Shown here one piece after another: positions 20,114 to 28,249 of a stretch of DNA of 40,465 bases. The notes beneath the pieces were generated by a model. That model saw nothing but the letters and a program-made list of their open reading frames with translations. It was not told the origin of the DNA and ran no database searches. The first letter of the stretch is position 1. Every line of letters starts with the position of its first letter. The position numbers and the translations under genes are program-made. Source of the DNA: Pseudomonadota bacterium (GTDB lineage: Bacteria; Bdellovibrionota_B; Oligoflexia; Oligoflexales; CAIYRB01). The DNA is taken from positions 1 to 40,465 of the forward strand of contig JANOTL010000174.1 of the NCBI GenBank assembly GCA_031416315.1, written 5' to 3'.

Positions 20114-20126
20114 CCCCCCCCCCCCC
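20114..20126 (+). repeat. Poly-C13 homopolymer
   Basis: 13 consecutive C, beginning 3 nt after the stop at 20111 and upstream of creD. Confidence 0.9.
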
Positions 20127-20137
20127 AGTTACCTCGT

Positions 20138-20197
20138 TGCACGCCTTTGCCACGCCCTTTCCACGACATTGCTCCCGCCCGCCCACGCCCTCGCCAC
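20138..20197 (+). promoter_or_regulatory. 11-bp-phased direct repeat array (cre-tag-like OmpR/PhoB-family operator)
   Basis: CAC cores at 20140, 20151, 20162, 20184 and 20195 (exact 11-bp period; the 20173 unit is degenerate). Confidence 0.6.
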
Positions 20198-20240
20198 GCC
20201 CGCACCCGATCCTAGGGGTGCATTCGCGAGGAGACCCCCA

Positions 20241-21569
20241 ATGACGATGCTTGCGCCCGACGAGAACCGCATTTCGCCGATCTATCTGAAGCTGGGAGGG
20301 ATCGCCCTCATCACCATCGCCCTCCTGATTCCGCAGGCGATGATCGAGAGCATGGTGCAGGAGCGCGAGCAGCGCCACGCCGGCACCGTCCGCTCGGTCC
20401 TCGAGGAATGGGGCGACGAGCTCGAGGTGCGCGGGCCAGCGCTCGCCGTGACCTGCGACGGCGTCACGCGGTACGCGGTCGCCAAGAAGCTCGAGGTTGG
20501 CGGCGCGCTCGAGGCGGGAACGCGCGCCCGCGGCATCTATCGCGTCAACGTCTACCAAGGCACGATGACCTTGGCGGGAGTGATCGACGTCAAGGGCGCC
20601 GGCACTGCGCTCGTCCCGCCCAACGCGGCGACGCCGTGCGCTTCGAAGCTCATCGTCTTCTTGTCGCGCTTCAAGGCGCTCACCGGCGCCGCAAGCTTGG
20701 AGACCTCGTCCTCCGGCTTCCGGCCGATGACGGCGGCGATCGAGCTCGAGGGGAAGGCCTTGCCGCACATCGCCGCGGAGCTTCCGCTCAGCGCAGTCGA
20801 CGAAGGCGGCAGCCTCAAATTCAACGTGAAGCTGCCCCTGCGCGGCGCGCGCCGGCTCACGGTTGCGCCGCTCGCCGAGCTGACGCACGCTCGGCTCGCC
20901 GCAGACTGGGCCTCGCCGAGCTTCACGGGCGCCTGGCTGCCGGTGAAGCACGAGCGCTCGGAAGGCGGCGGCTTCATCGCCGAATGGAGCGGCGCCTCGC
21001 CCTTCGGCAGCCTTGCGTCCGCGAACAACGACGCCTTGGCGTCCCTGCTCGCCGCCTCCGGCTTCGGCGTCGAGCTGCTCGATCAAGTGAGCCACTACCT
21101 CCAGGTCACGCGGGCGATCAAGTATGCGATCCTCTTCGTCGCCCTCACCTTCCTCACCTTCTTCCTGTTCGAGGTGCTCGGCGGGCTCAAGCTGCACCCG
21201 GTGCAATATCTCTCGGTCGGCTCGGCGCTCTGCCTCTTCTACATGCTGCTGCTTTCGCTCAGCGAAGAGATCGCGTTCTGGGGTGCCTACCTGATCGCCG
21301 CCAGCGCGACGGTCGCCCTCGTGACCGGCTACGCCCGCGCCATCCTGAAAGCGCGCGGCCGCGCCTTCGCCGTCGGCGGCGGCCTCGCGGCGCTCTATGG
21401 TTACCTCTTCTTCCTGCTCTCGGCGGAGCGCTTCTCGCTGATCTCGGGAGCCTTCGGCCTCTTCGCACTGCTCGCCGCGTTCATGTACCTGACGCGGAAC
21501 ATCGACTGGTACCGCGTCGGCAAGGGCGGCGCCGAGGTGGCTAACCCTGCGACACAGCTGTCGCCGTAA
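20241..21569 (+). CDS. creD: Inner membrane / cell envelope integrity protein CreD
   Basis: LLIP...ER...WG...GP, RGIYRVNVY, DWASPSFTGAWLP, RAIKYAILF, LHPVQY, FYMLLLSLSE and MYLTRNIDWY; GAGGAG RBS. Confidence 0.92.
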   Translation: MTMLAPDENRISPIYLKLGGIALITIALLIPQAMIESMVQEREQRHAGTVRSVLEEWGDELEVRGPALAVTCDGVTRYAVAKKLEVGGALEAGTRARGIYRVNVYQGTMTLAGVIDVKGAGTALVPPNAATPCASKLIVFLSRFKALTGAASLETSSSGFRPMTAAIELEGKALPHIAAELPLSAVDEGGSLKFNVKLPLRGARRLTVAPLAELTHARLAADWASPSFTGAWLPVKHERSEGGGFIAEWSGASPFGSLASANNDALASLLAASGFGVELLDQVSHYLQVTRAIKYAILFVALTFLTFFLFEVLGGLKLHPVQYLSVGSALCLFYMLLLSLSEEIAFWGAYLIAASATVALVTGYARAILKARGRAFAVGGGLAALYGYLFFLLSAERFSLISGAFGLFALLAAFMYLTRNIDWYRVGKGGAEVANPATQLSP

Positions 21570-21647
21570 TACGCCGTAATTACAGAGATCAACCGCGGTA
21601 CAGGGCTTGCAAAACCAGGGCTACGGACTACCACCGGAGCCCTGGCA

Positions 21648-22214
21648 ATGCCTTCCAAGCTGCTGCTGATCCTCCTCCTCGCCGTCACCTCGGCCGCCTG
21701 CCGCTCGCGTAAGGACGCGGGAATGCCGGAGCGCGAGACCGATCCGGAGCTCAAAGGCTTCGTCACCGAGTTCCTCGCTGCGGCGAAGAAGTACGACCAT
21801 CCGATCCCTTCGTCCGCGATCGACCGCCTCCGGGTCGTCGTCTTCGTCGACGACCTGGCCGACGCGCATGCGGCGTACGGCGACGCGGGCGCCGCCTCGT
21901 CGAGCCCCGGAAGCGAAGTTGCGGGGACCTGCACCGACGCCGTCGTCGACGACACCATGGGCGCCGGCGCCATGAAGTGGAAGACGGGCGAGAAGTCGTG
22001 GAGCGAAGTCTGGATCGGCAGCGACATGCGTCCAGACACCGCCGAGCAAAAGCTTCAGCTGAGAGAGCTGATGTTTCACGAGCTCGGCCACTGCCTCCTC
22101 GGGAAGGATCACGTCGAAGACGCGCCGCACCACATCATGTCCCCGGCGCTGAGCAACGACTTTCCTTGGTTGGAGCAGAACTGGGACCGCCTCCTGGCGG
22201 AGCTCTTCAAGTAA
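21648..22214 (+). CDS. Lipoprotein, small metzincin-like metallopeptidase
   Basis: Lipobox SAAC; FHELGHCLLGKDH; Met-turn HIMSP. Confidence 0.8.
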   Translation: MPSKLLLILLLAVTSAACRSRKDAGMPERETDPELKGFVTEFLAAAKKYDHPIPSSAIDRLRVVVFVDDLADAHAAYGDAGAASSSPGSEVAGTCTDAVVDDTMGAGAMKWKTGEKSWSEVWIGSDMRPDTAEQKLQLRELMFHELGHCLLGKDHVEDAPHHIMSPALSNDFPWLEQNWDRLLAELFK

Positions 22215-22267
22215 CTGCTTGTTTTAAATGAATATACCTGCCGGTCTGCCGGTGGGCGTAAAATCGC

Positions 22268-22293
22268 TCAAGCCGGGGCTGGAAGCTGCCGAT
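22268..22293 (+). promoter_or_regulatory. Putative sigma28 (FliA)-type promoter
   Basis: TCAAG-N15-GCCGAT upstream of the GGAGG RBS and ATG 22322. Confidence 0.55.
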
Positions 22294-22321
22294 CCTTCGT
22301 GAGAAGCGGAGGCGTTTCCAG

Positions 22322-24169
22322 ATGTTCCCAAAGTCCCAAGACCCGCAATCCGGCGCGGCCCTGCTGCTCGTCATGGTCATGGTCGGCGCCGTCTTTTCGG
22401 TGGTCGTGATGGCGACATCGCGCGAGACGCGCAACAAGGCCGTCGAAAGCCAACGCTACCTCGCCGCCAACGCGCTGAAGCAAAACGGCACGTCCGCGAT
22501 TCGGATGTACGACCAGTACTTGCGCTCGGGCTTCATGCGCGCCGACTGCACCAACGGCAACCGGCTGAAGCCGGCGAAATACGCGCCGCCCGAGGTCTCC
22601 GGCAACTTCACGAGCGGCAAAGGCCTCAAGGTCCGCAACTGTGACGCGTCGACGATCCGCAAGGACGCCGGGCTGGCGAAGTCGATCTTTCGCAGCAAGG
22701 GCAAAGTCCCCGCCGCCGACAGCGAAGGCTGCGGCCAGGTCGACTCCTACGTCTCCGTCGAGGACGTCGACGTCTCCACCCGCACGATCGAGCTCAGGGC
22801 CCGCACGGCGGCGCCGAAGAAGACGAGCGCCGTTTACGGCAAGATGGACCCGCCGACCGTCTCCGCGCGCCTGAAGTTGCCGCCACCGCCGGTCCCGAGC
22901 TTCGGACTCCTCGTGAACGACTTGCACTGCGGCATGTGCCACGTGAAGGTGATCGGCGACGTCGCGTCGACGAAGAAGGTGACCGAGTTCCACTACGATC
23001 CGTCCAACCCTTGGAAGGGTTTCGTCGACGGCGCGTGGTACGCGAACAAGACTTGGCATCCGCAGCCGAACGACTCGGCCTATACCAGCGCCATCGACAT
23101 CACGGTCACCGATGGGGTCTTTCAGAACTACAACGGACCGAAGCTTCCTGGGATCGCCAAGGTGGCCGGCGGCGTCACGACGATCGAGCCGAAGTTCCCG
23201 GTGATCAATTTCGCCAACATCGGCACCTACAAGAATCCGGACCCCTACACGTGCGACCCGCGGCCGATCACCGACATCACCGGAAGTGTCCCCGCCGCGA
23301 CCGGTAAGGCCGCGATCAAGGTCCAAAGCAGCGGTGGCAAACGGCATGTGGTCTGGGTGGGGACGGACGCGAATCCGATCAAGATCGAGAGCGACTATTT
23401 CATCGACGGCGACCTGGTGATCAAAGGAAAATACTCAGGCGTCGGGTCGATCTACGTCACCGGCAACATCTACGTTCCGTTCGACCTGATCGCGAAGCGC
23501 AGCATCTGGCCCTACGCGAGCGACAAGGCGACGGCCGAGGCGCAGGCGCGCGCTTCGATGCAAGGCAGTCTTCACGACGGCCTGGGTCTCGCCACGAAGC
23601 GCAACATCATCATCGGCGAATTCGAGGTCGACTTAGCTCGGGTCGACCTGATGCCGCCGCGCGCGGCTGCCGACAGCCGAGGCAACAGTTCCGTCTGGTA
23701 CCACGGTGCCACGCCGGCAGACAAGCGCGGCGACTCGCCGTCGATCAACGTCCGGAGCGTCTACTCGTGGATGCCAGGCGGCCGCGCTGGGTACGAGGCG
23801 CTCTTCGAGCAGGCAATGGACTGCACGACCCTCGCGCCGGCCAGGAAGTACTCGCACCCGGCGCCGCCTACGACCCCAGTCGATTTGGGACCGCTGGTCG
23901 GATCCTTCAACCGCATCGACGCTTATCTCTATGCCGAGAACACGATTGGCGGCTTGGCGCGCCAAAACAGTTACTCGATCAACGGTGGGATCATCTCCGA
24001 CAACTTCCACATCGTCTCGGGGTCGCAGAGCTGCAAAACTTCGACGTCGATCCACCCGGTCCACGGGCGCGGAGTCAATTGGAGCTACGTCGCCTACGAC
24101 TACCGGATGAAGTTCGGCTTGCCGTTGCTCGACCGGTTCTCGGAGTACTTCATCACGAATCCGGAGTGA
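22322..24169 (+). CDS. PilX-like prepilin-type protein with a CxxCH motif and large beta-rich C-terminal domain
   Basis: QSG|AALLLVMVMVGAVFSVVV class III signal lacking Glu5; CGMCH at 22928-22942; IDGDLVIKG...GSIYVTGNIYV; INGGIISD...YDYR, similar to PilX/DUF4900-type tails. Confidence 0.7.
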   Translation: MFPKSQDPQSGAALLLVMVMVGAVFSVVVMATSRETRNKAVESQRYLAANALKQNGTSAIRMYDQYLRSGFMRADCTNGNRLKPAKYAPPEVSGNFTSGKGLKVRNCDASTIRKDAGLAKSIFRSKGKVPAADSEGCGQVDSYVSVEDVDVSTRTIELRARTAAPKKTSAVYGKMDPPTVSARLKLPPPPVPSFGLLVNDLHCGMCHVKVIGDVASTKKVTEFHYDPSNPWKGFVDGAWYANKTWHPQPNDSAYTSAIDITVTDGVFQNYNGPKLPGIAKVAGGVTTIEPKFPVINFANIGTYKNPDPYTCDPRPITDITGSVPAATGKAAIKVQSSGGKRHVVWVGTDANPIKIESDYFIDGDLVIKGKYSGVGSIYVTGNIYVPFDLIAKRSIWPYASDKATAEAQARASMQGSLHDGLGLATKRNIIIGEFEVDLARVDLMPPRAAADSRGNSSVWYHGATPADKRGDSPSINVRSVYSWMPGGRAGYEALFEQAMDCTTLAPARKYSHPAPPTTPVDLGPLVGSFNRIDAYLYAENTIGGLARQNSYSINGGIISDNFHIVSGSQSCKTSTSIHPVHGRGVNWSYVAYDYRMKFGLPLLDRFSEYFITNPE

Positions 24170-24179
24170 TCGGTCCCCA

Positions 24180-24857
24180 TCACTTCACGTCGAGGCTGAA
24201 CGGCGTGAACGCCGTATCCCGGTCGAAGTAGTCTTCGTTCTCCGCCTTTTTCAGGAACGAGACGACGCGGTACGTGACCGGCGTCGCCAAGACCTCCCAC
24301 AGGACCTTCATCACGTAGTTCGAGAGCATCACGGCCAAGAGCAGATCGGTCGGCCATGAGCCGTAAAAGGCGAGCGGGTAGAAGATCGCCGTGTCGAGCG
24401 CCTCGCCGACGACGGTCGAGCCGATGGTGCGGGCCCAGAGGTGGCGGCCCGCCGTCTTCACCTTCAACTTCGCCAAGACGAAGCTATTGGAGAATTCGCC
24501 CAGGAAATAGGCGAAAATCGAGGCAAGGACGACGCGCCAGGTCGAGCCGAAAACGGTCTCCATGGCGCCTTGATGGGCGTAGCCCTCGGCCGGCGGCAAG
24601 GCGATGACCGTGAAGGCCATCAGGCTCGCGAAGATCTGCGCCGCCATGCCGGCCCAGACGACGCGCCGGGTGCGCGCGTACCCGTAGACCTCGGTCAGGA
24701 CGTCACCGAAGACGTAAGCCAAGGGGAAGAAGAGGACGCCGGCGCCGAAGGTCCAGCCGTAAATGGTGGTGATCTTGCCGACTCCGATGAGGTTGGCGCA
24801 GAGGAGCGAGGTGACGAACCCCGCCATGACGAGGTCGTAATACTTGTAAGAGCGCAT
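24180..24857 (-). CDS. yhhQ: Queuosine precursor transporter (YhhQ/VUT, DUF165)
   Basis: ANLIGVGK, GVLFFPLAYVFGDVLTEVYGY, ASIFAYFLGEFSNS and RTIGSTVVGEALDT. Confidence 0.9.
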   Translation of the reverse strand: MRSYKYYDLVMAGFVTSLLCANLIGVGKITTIYGWTFGAGVLFFPLAYVFGDVLTEVYGYARTRRVVWAGMAAQIFASLMAFTVIALPPAEGYAHQGAMETVFGSTWRVVLASIFAYFLGEFSNSFVLAKLKVKTAGRHLWARTIGSTVVGEALDTAIFYPLAFYGSWPTDLLLAVMLSNYVMKVLWEVLATPVTYRVVSFLKKAENEDYFDRDTAFTPFSLDVK

Positions 24858-24917
24858 GCCGGGAGGTTAATCCGGCGTGCTAAACTCGCGCAAGGACGAT
24901 CATCGTATGGCAACTGG

Positions 24918-26030
24918 ATGTTGATTCGCGCGTTTGTGCTCTTGGAAAAGGCTCGCGCCGAGCTGCGCCGCCGGCTCGGAAGACGCGCGTATCTGCTGCC
25001 GTGGCTGTCTTTCGCCTACGGCATCGTCTCCGGCGTGACGATCACGCGGGACTTCGCGCACTCGAGCTCGCTCGTGCGCTGGTTCGTCACGCTGATCGTG
25101 GTCTCGATCGCCTTGCGCGCCTTCACTTACGTGCAGCGGGAAGAGCTCGGCGCGAAGCTCGGCGAGCGCTTCGGGGTCGTGCGGCACCTCCTCGACCGGC
25201 CGGCCTTGATCCAGGGTCTGGGCTCGGGGCTGACCCAATACTCGGTGCAGTACATCGGGATGTTCTGTCTGCCCCTCCTCTTCTTCGCGCAGGCCTGGTG
25301 GACCTTCGGGCTCACCCTTCTGGTGGTGGGGACGACCCTTTGGGACTCTTGGTGGGACCGGCTCGCCCCGCGCTTCTGGTACCTGGCCCTGATCCGGGCG
25401 GTGTCGGCCGTCCTGGCCGCCTCGTTCACCTTCGCGGTCCTCCTGCCGCGACAGCTCGCCTGGTTCCATCCCTTGTGCGCGGCCGCGGCGGCGGCGGCGG
25501 TCCTGCCCTGGCACCGGCTATCGTCTCGGACCCGGCCTGAGCGCCGAGAGCTCCTCCCCTTTCTCGTGGTCTCCGCCTTGGCCGTCTACCAGGCCTCGAC
25601 CGACGCCTGGCTCCGCGTGCCGCTCCTCTCGGTGTGGCTGAAGGCGCCGCAGATGGGCGTCGGGATCGACCACCGGAAGCTCCGAGAGCCTTGGCACGCC
25701 GAGGTTTCACGGGAGCGCTTGAGCCTCGCGCTCAGCCTCGGCCAGGACGTCTGCTGCATCACGCCGGTGGTCTCGCCCTCCGGGGTCCTGGCCAAGGTGA
25801 TCCACGAATGGCGGGCCGACGGACGGATCATCGACCGCATCAGCCTGCCCGAGATCCGCGGCGGCGGCGGCCCGGACGGGCTCGCGCCTTTTCGCACGTT
25901 TTCTTGCAAGAAGCACCTGCCGCCGCCGTCGCGCACCGGCCTCCTCGAGTGCCTCGTCTATCTCGAGCCGGCGATCTATCTCGGTCGCGTCCGCCTTGTT
26001 CTCGCGGGAAATGCTGGTGTAAAACCGTAG
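24918..26030 (+). CDS. Membrane protein with DUF2914-like C-terminal domain (DUF5924/DUF2914-type)
   Basis: Multi-TM N-terminus; C-terminal TPVVSPSG...IHEW..DG...DRI.L..IRGG...FRTFSCK. Confidence 0.65.
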   Translation: MLIRAFVLLEKARAELRRRLGRRAYLLPWLSFAYGIVSGVTITRDFAHSSSLVRWFVTLIVVSIALRAFTYVQREELGAKLGERFGVVRHLLDRPALIQGLGSGLTQYSVQYIGMFCLPLLFFAQAWWTFGLTLLVVGTTLWDSWWDRLAPRFWYLALIRAVSAVLAASFTFAVLLPRQLAWFHPLCAAAAAAAVLPWHRLSSRTRPERRELLPFLVVSALAVYQASTDAWLRVPLLSVWLKAPQMGVGIDHRKLREPWHAEVSRERLSLALSLGQDVCCITPVVSPSGVLAKVIHEWRADGRIIDRISLPEIRGGGGPDGLAPFRTFSCKKHLPPPSRTGLLECLVYLEPAIYLGRVRLVLAGNAGVKP

Positions 26031-26067
26031 GGCCGCAATGCGGACCGAAGCACTACAGGAGCGCCCC

Positions 26068-27285
26068 ATGGCAAAGTCGACGAAGGCGAAAGCCAAACCG
26101 AAAGCGAAAGCGAAAGCGAAGGCGAAGGCGAAGGCCAAGGTCGCTCCGAAGCGGAAGGCTCCGGCGAAGAAGACGAAGGCGAAAGTGACGGCGAAGGCCG
26201 CGCCGAAGGCGAAGGCGAAAGCGAAAACCAAAGCGGCGCCGGCGAAGGTCGCCCCGAAGGCGAAAGCCAAGACGAAGGCCGTTGCGACGAAGGTGAAGCC
26301 GAAAACGCCGGCCGCGCCGATGCCGGTCGCGACGAAGGCGAAAGTCGCGCCGGCGAAAGTCACGACGAAGACGGCCGCCATGGCGCCCGCACCCGCCCAG
26401 CCGAAGAAAGCCGCGCCGAAGCCGGTCCCTCTGCCGACGAAGCCGGAGAAGACGCTCAAGCTCGCGCCCGCGGAAAAGCCGGCGGCGGAGGCCATGCCCG
26501 AGAAGGCCGCGGCGCCCGCCAGCACCGTCAAGCCGCCCGCGATCGGCGCCGCCGCCCCGCTCTTCAGCTTGGCCTCGCACCAGGGCGGCATCGTCGATCT
26601 CGCCAGCTTCCGCGGCCTGAAGAACGTCGTCCTCTTCTTCTATCCGAAGGACGACACGCCGGGCTGCACCAAGGAAAGCTGTGATTTCCGCGACAATCTC
26701 GCGCGCGTCGCCTCCGAGCAAGCCGTCGTCCTGGGCGTGAGCCCCGACGACGTCAAATCGCACGGCAAGTTCGCCGCGAAGTTCAAACTAAACTTCGGAC
26801 TGCTAGCCGACACCGACAGCGAAGTTTCGCGCCGCTACGGCGTGTGGGTCGAGAAGAGCCTCTACGGCCGCACCTCGATCGGCATCCAGCGCGCGACCTT
26901 CCTGATCGACAAAGCCGGTCGCATCGCCGGCGTGTGGCCGAAGGTCTCGGTCGACGGTCACGTCGACGAGGTGCTCACCGCGCTCGGCTCCTTGAACAGC
27001 GGCGCGCGCGCCACCGCCGGCAGCAAGGCCGGTAGCCCGAAGGCGAATAAAGCCGCCAAGGCGAACGCGAAGAGCCAGGCACGCGCGCGCGAGGACGAGG
27101 AGGACGACCTCCCGGTCCGTGGCGCGCAGGAAGAGGACGACGACGACGCGCGCGGCTCCGCGCCCGCCGGCAAAGGTCGCGGCAACGGCACGTTCCGTCG
27201 CGAGGAGGAAGACGACGACGATGGCGACGAGCAGGACGAAGGTCCCGTCGGCCCGGGCGGCTTCGGCGGCGACGACGACGACTGA
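26068..27285 (+). CDS. bcp: Bcp/PrxQ peroxiredoxin with Lys/Ala-rich N-terminal arm and acidic C-terminal tail
   Basis: AGGAG RBS; FFYPKDDTPGCTKESC, GVSPD, YGVWVEK, RATFLID and VSVDGH. About 155 aa K/A/P-rich N-terminus; D/E-rich C-terminus. Confidence 0.9.
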   Translation: MAKSTKAKAKPKAKAKAKAKAKAKVAPKRKAPAKKTKAKVTAKAAPKAKAKAKTKAAPAKVAPKAKAKTKAVATKVKPKTPAAPMPVATKAKVAPAKVTTKTAAMAPAPAQPKKAAPKPVPLPTKPEKTLKLAPAEKPAAEAMPEKAAAPASTVKPPAIGAAAPLFSLASHQGGIVDLASFRGLKNVVLFFYPKDDTPGCTKESCDFRDNLARVASEQAVVLGVSPDDVKSHGKFAAKFKLNFGLLADTDSEVSRRYGVWVEKSLYGRTSIGIQRATFLIDKAGRIAGVWPKVSVDGHVDEVLTALGSLNSGARATAGSKAGSPKANKAAKANAKSQARAREDEEDDLPVRGAQEEDDDDARGSAPAGKGRGNGTFRREEEDDDDGDEQDEGPVGPGGFGGDDDD

Positions 27286-27386
27286 ACGCGCGGCGCGCGC
27301 GGACCGGCCCCGGGTCGGACCGCGCGGCGCCATTCGATCCAAGTCTCCGGAAATGCTCTGAAACCACCCCTGCATTCGCCACGTTC

Positions 27387-27412
27387 TCAAGCCGTCGGAA
27401 AGCCTTACCGAC
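27387..27412 (+). promoter_or_regulatory. Putative sigma28 (FliA)-type promoter
   Basis: TCAAG-N15-ACCGAC upstream of the GGAGG RBS and GTG 27446. Confidence 0.45.
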
Positions 27413-27445
27413 ACTGAGTTCAGGCCCGGATTGCGGAGGTCCCTC

Positions 27446-28249
27446 GTGTCGCGGCTCGTCTGGCTCCTCGTCACCCCCCTCCTCGGCGGCGGCCTCTCCG
27501 GCTGCTGGGTGAAGAAGACGATGTGCCGGGGGCTGCACAACGCGATGCCGGATACCTGCAGCGAGTTCACCGATCGCGAAGACGACGGCGGTGGCAAGGC
27601 CGCGACCATCGGCGTCGCGTCTGGTGGCCAGCCGATCCTCGTCCTGCCGAAGGCAACGGTCGAGGAGCTGAGCCTCGCGCCGGGCCATGCGCTGGCGCGC
27701 ATCACGCCGGAGCAGCTCGGCAAGGACCTGCGGGCGACGGTGAACTTCGGGCAGGAGTTCGAGTTCGACGTGCCGGAGATCGGCCAGCGCCTCGACTACC
27801 TGATCCTCGGCTTCGGCGTGCCGCTCGGAGGCATCGACTTCCGCACCGCAGCGCGGCGCGACCGGCAGACGAAAGCGCAGACCCTCCTGGTCGCGCGGGT
27901 CATCGCGTGGCAGCTCGCCGGCGCAGCGCTGTGGAAAGAGCACGATACCGAGGTGAGCGCGCGGCAAGTCTTCACCAAATGCACGCTGGAGACGGACCGC
28001 CCGTATCAGGAGAGCGACGCGACGCTGCCGCTTGGCCGGCAGGTCGCGATTCGCGAGGGCGAGACGCGGTGGGCGGCGCAGGTCGACGAGTTCTTCTTCC
28101 GCTTTTACGCGCGGCCGCCCACACCTGCGGAGCTCGAGGCGGTGAAGTCGACCTTCCTCGCTGGCTACAACAACGAAGGCTATGCGCCCGCGGGCTGGAT
28201 CCCGGTCTTGTACGCGATGCTGGCGTCGCAGGAGTTTTGGCACCTATGA
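27446..28249 (+). CDS. Hypothetical lipoprotein, first gene of the DUF1501 operon
   Basis: Lipobox LSGC; C-terminal FYARPPTPAEL...AMLASQEF resembles the helical PSD/DUF1553-DUF1595-type segments found beside DUF1501 genes. Confidence 0.7.
   Translation: MSRLVWLLVTPLLGGGLSGCWVKKTMCRGLHNAMPDTCSEFTDREDDGGGKAATIGVASGGQPILVLPKATVEELSLAPGHALARITPEQLGKDLRATVNFGQEFEFDVPEIGQRLDYLILGFGVPLGGIDFRTAARRDRQTKAQTLLVARVIAWQLAGAALWKEHDTEVSARQVFTKCTLETDRPYQESDATLPLGRQVAIREGETRWAAQVDEFFFRFYARPPTPAELEAVKSTFLAGYNNEGYAPAGWIPVLYAMLASQEFWHL

Noticed and set aside
17886..21206. 1106-aa minus-strand ORF and other long overlapping ORFs (for example 8510-10447, 10078-12291, 708-1763)
   Set aside because: Antisense or off-frame shadows of well-supported genes in high-GC DNA; Arg/Gly/Ala-rich with no motifs.
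24858..24917. preQ1 riboswitch upstream of yhhQ
   Set aside because: Only 60 bp, shared with a divergent gene; no recognisable preQ1 stem or A-rich tail.
26080..26370. GCGAAG/GCGAAA tandem repeats as a CRISPR or non-coding VNTR
   Set aside because: In-frame Ala-Lys codons with synonymous variation; no repeat-spacer structure and no cas genes.
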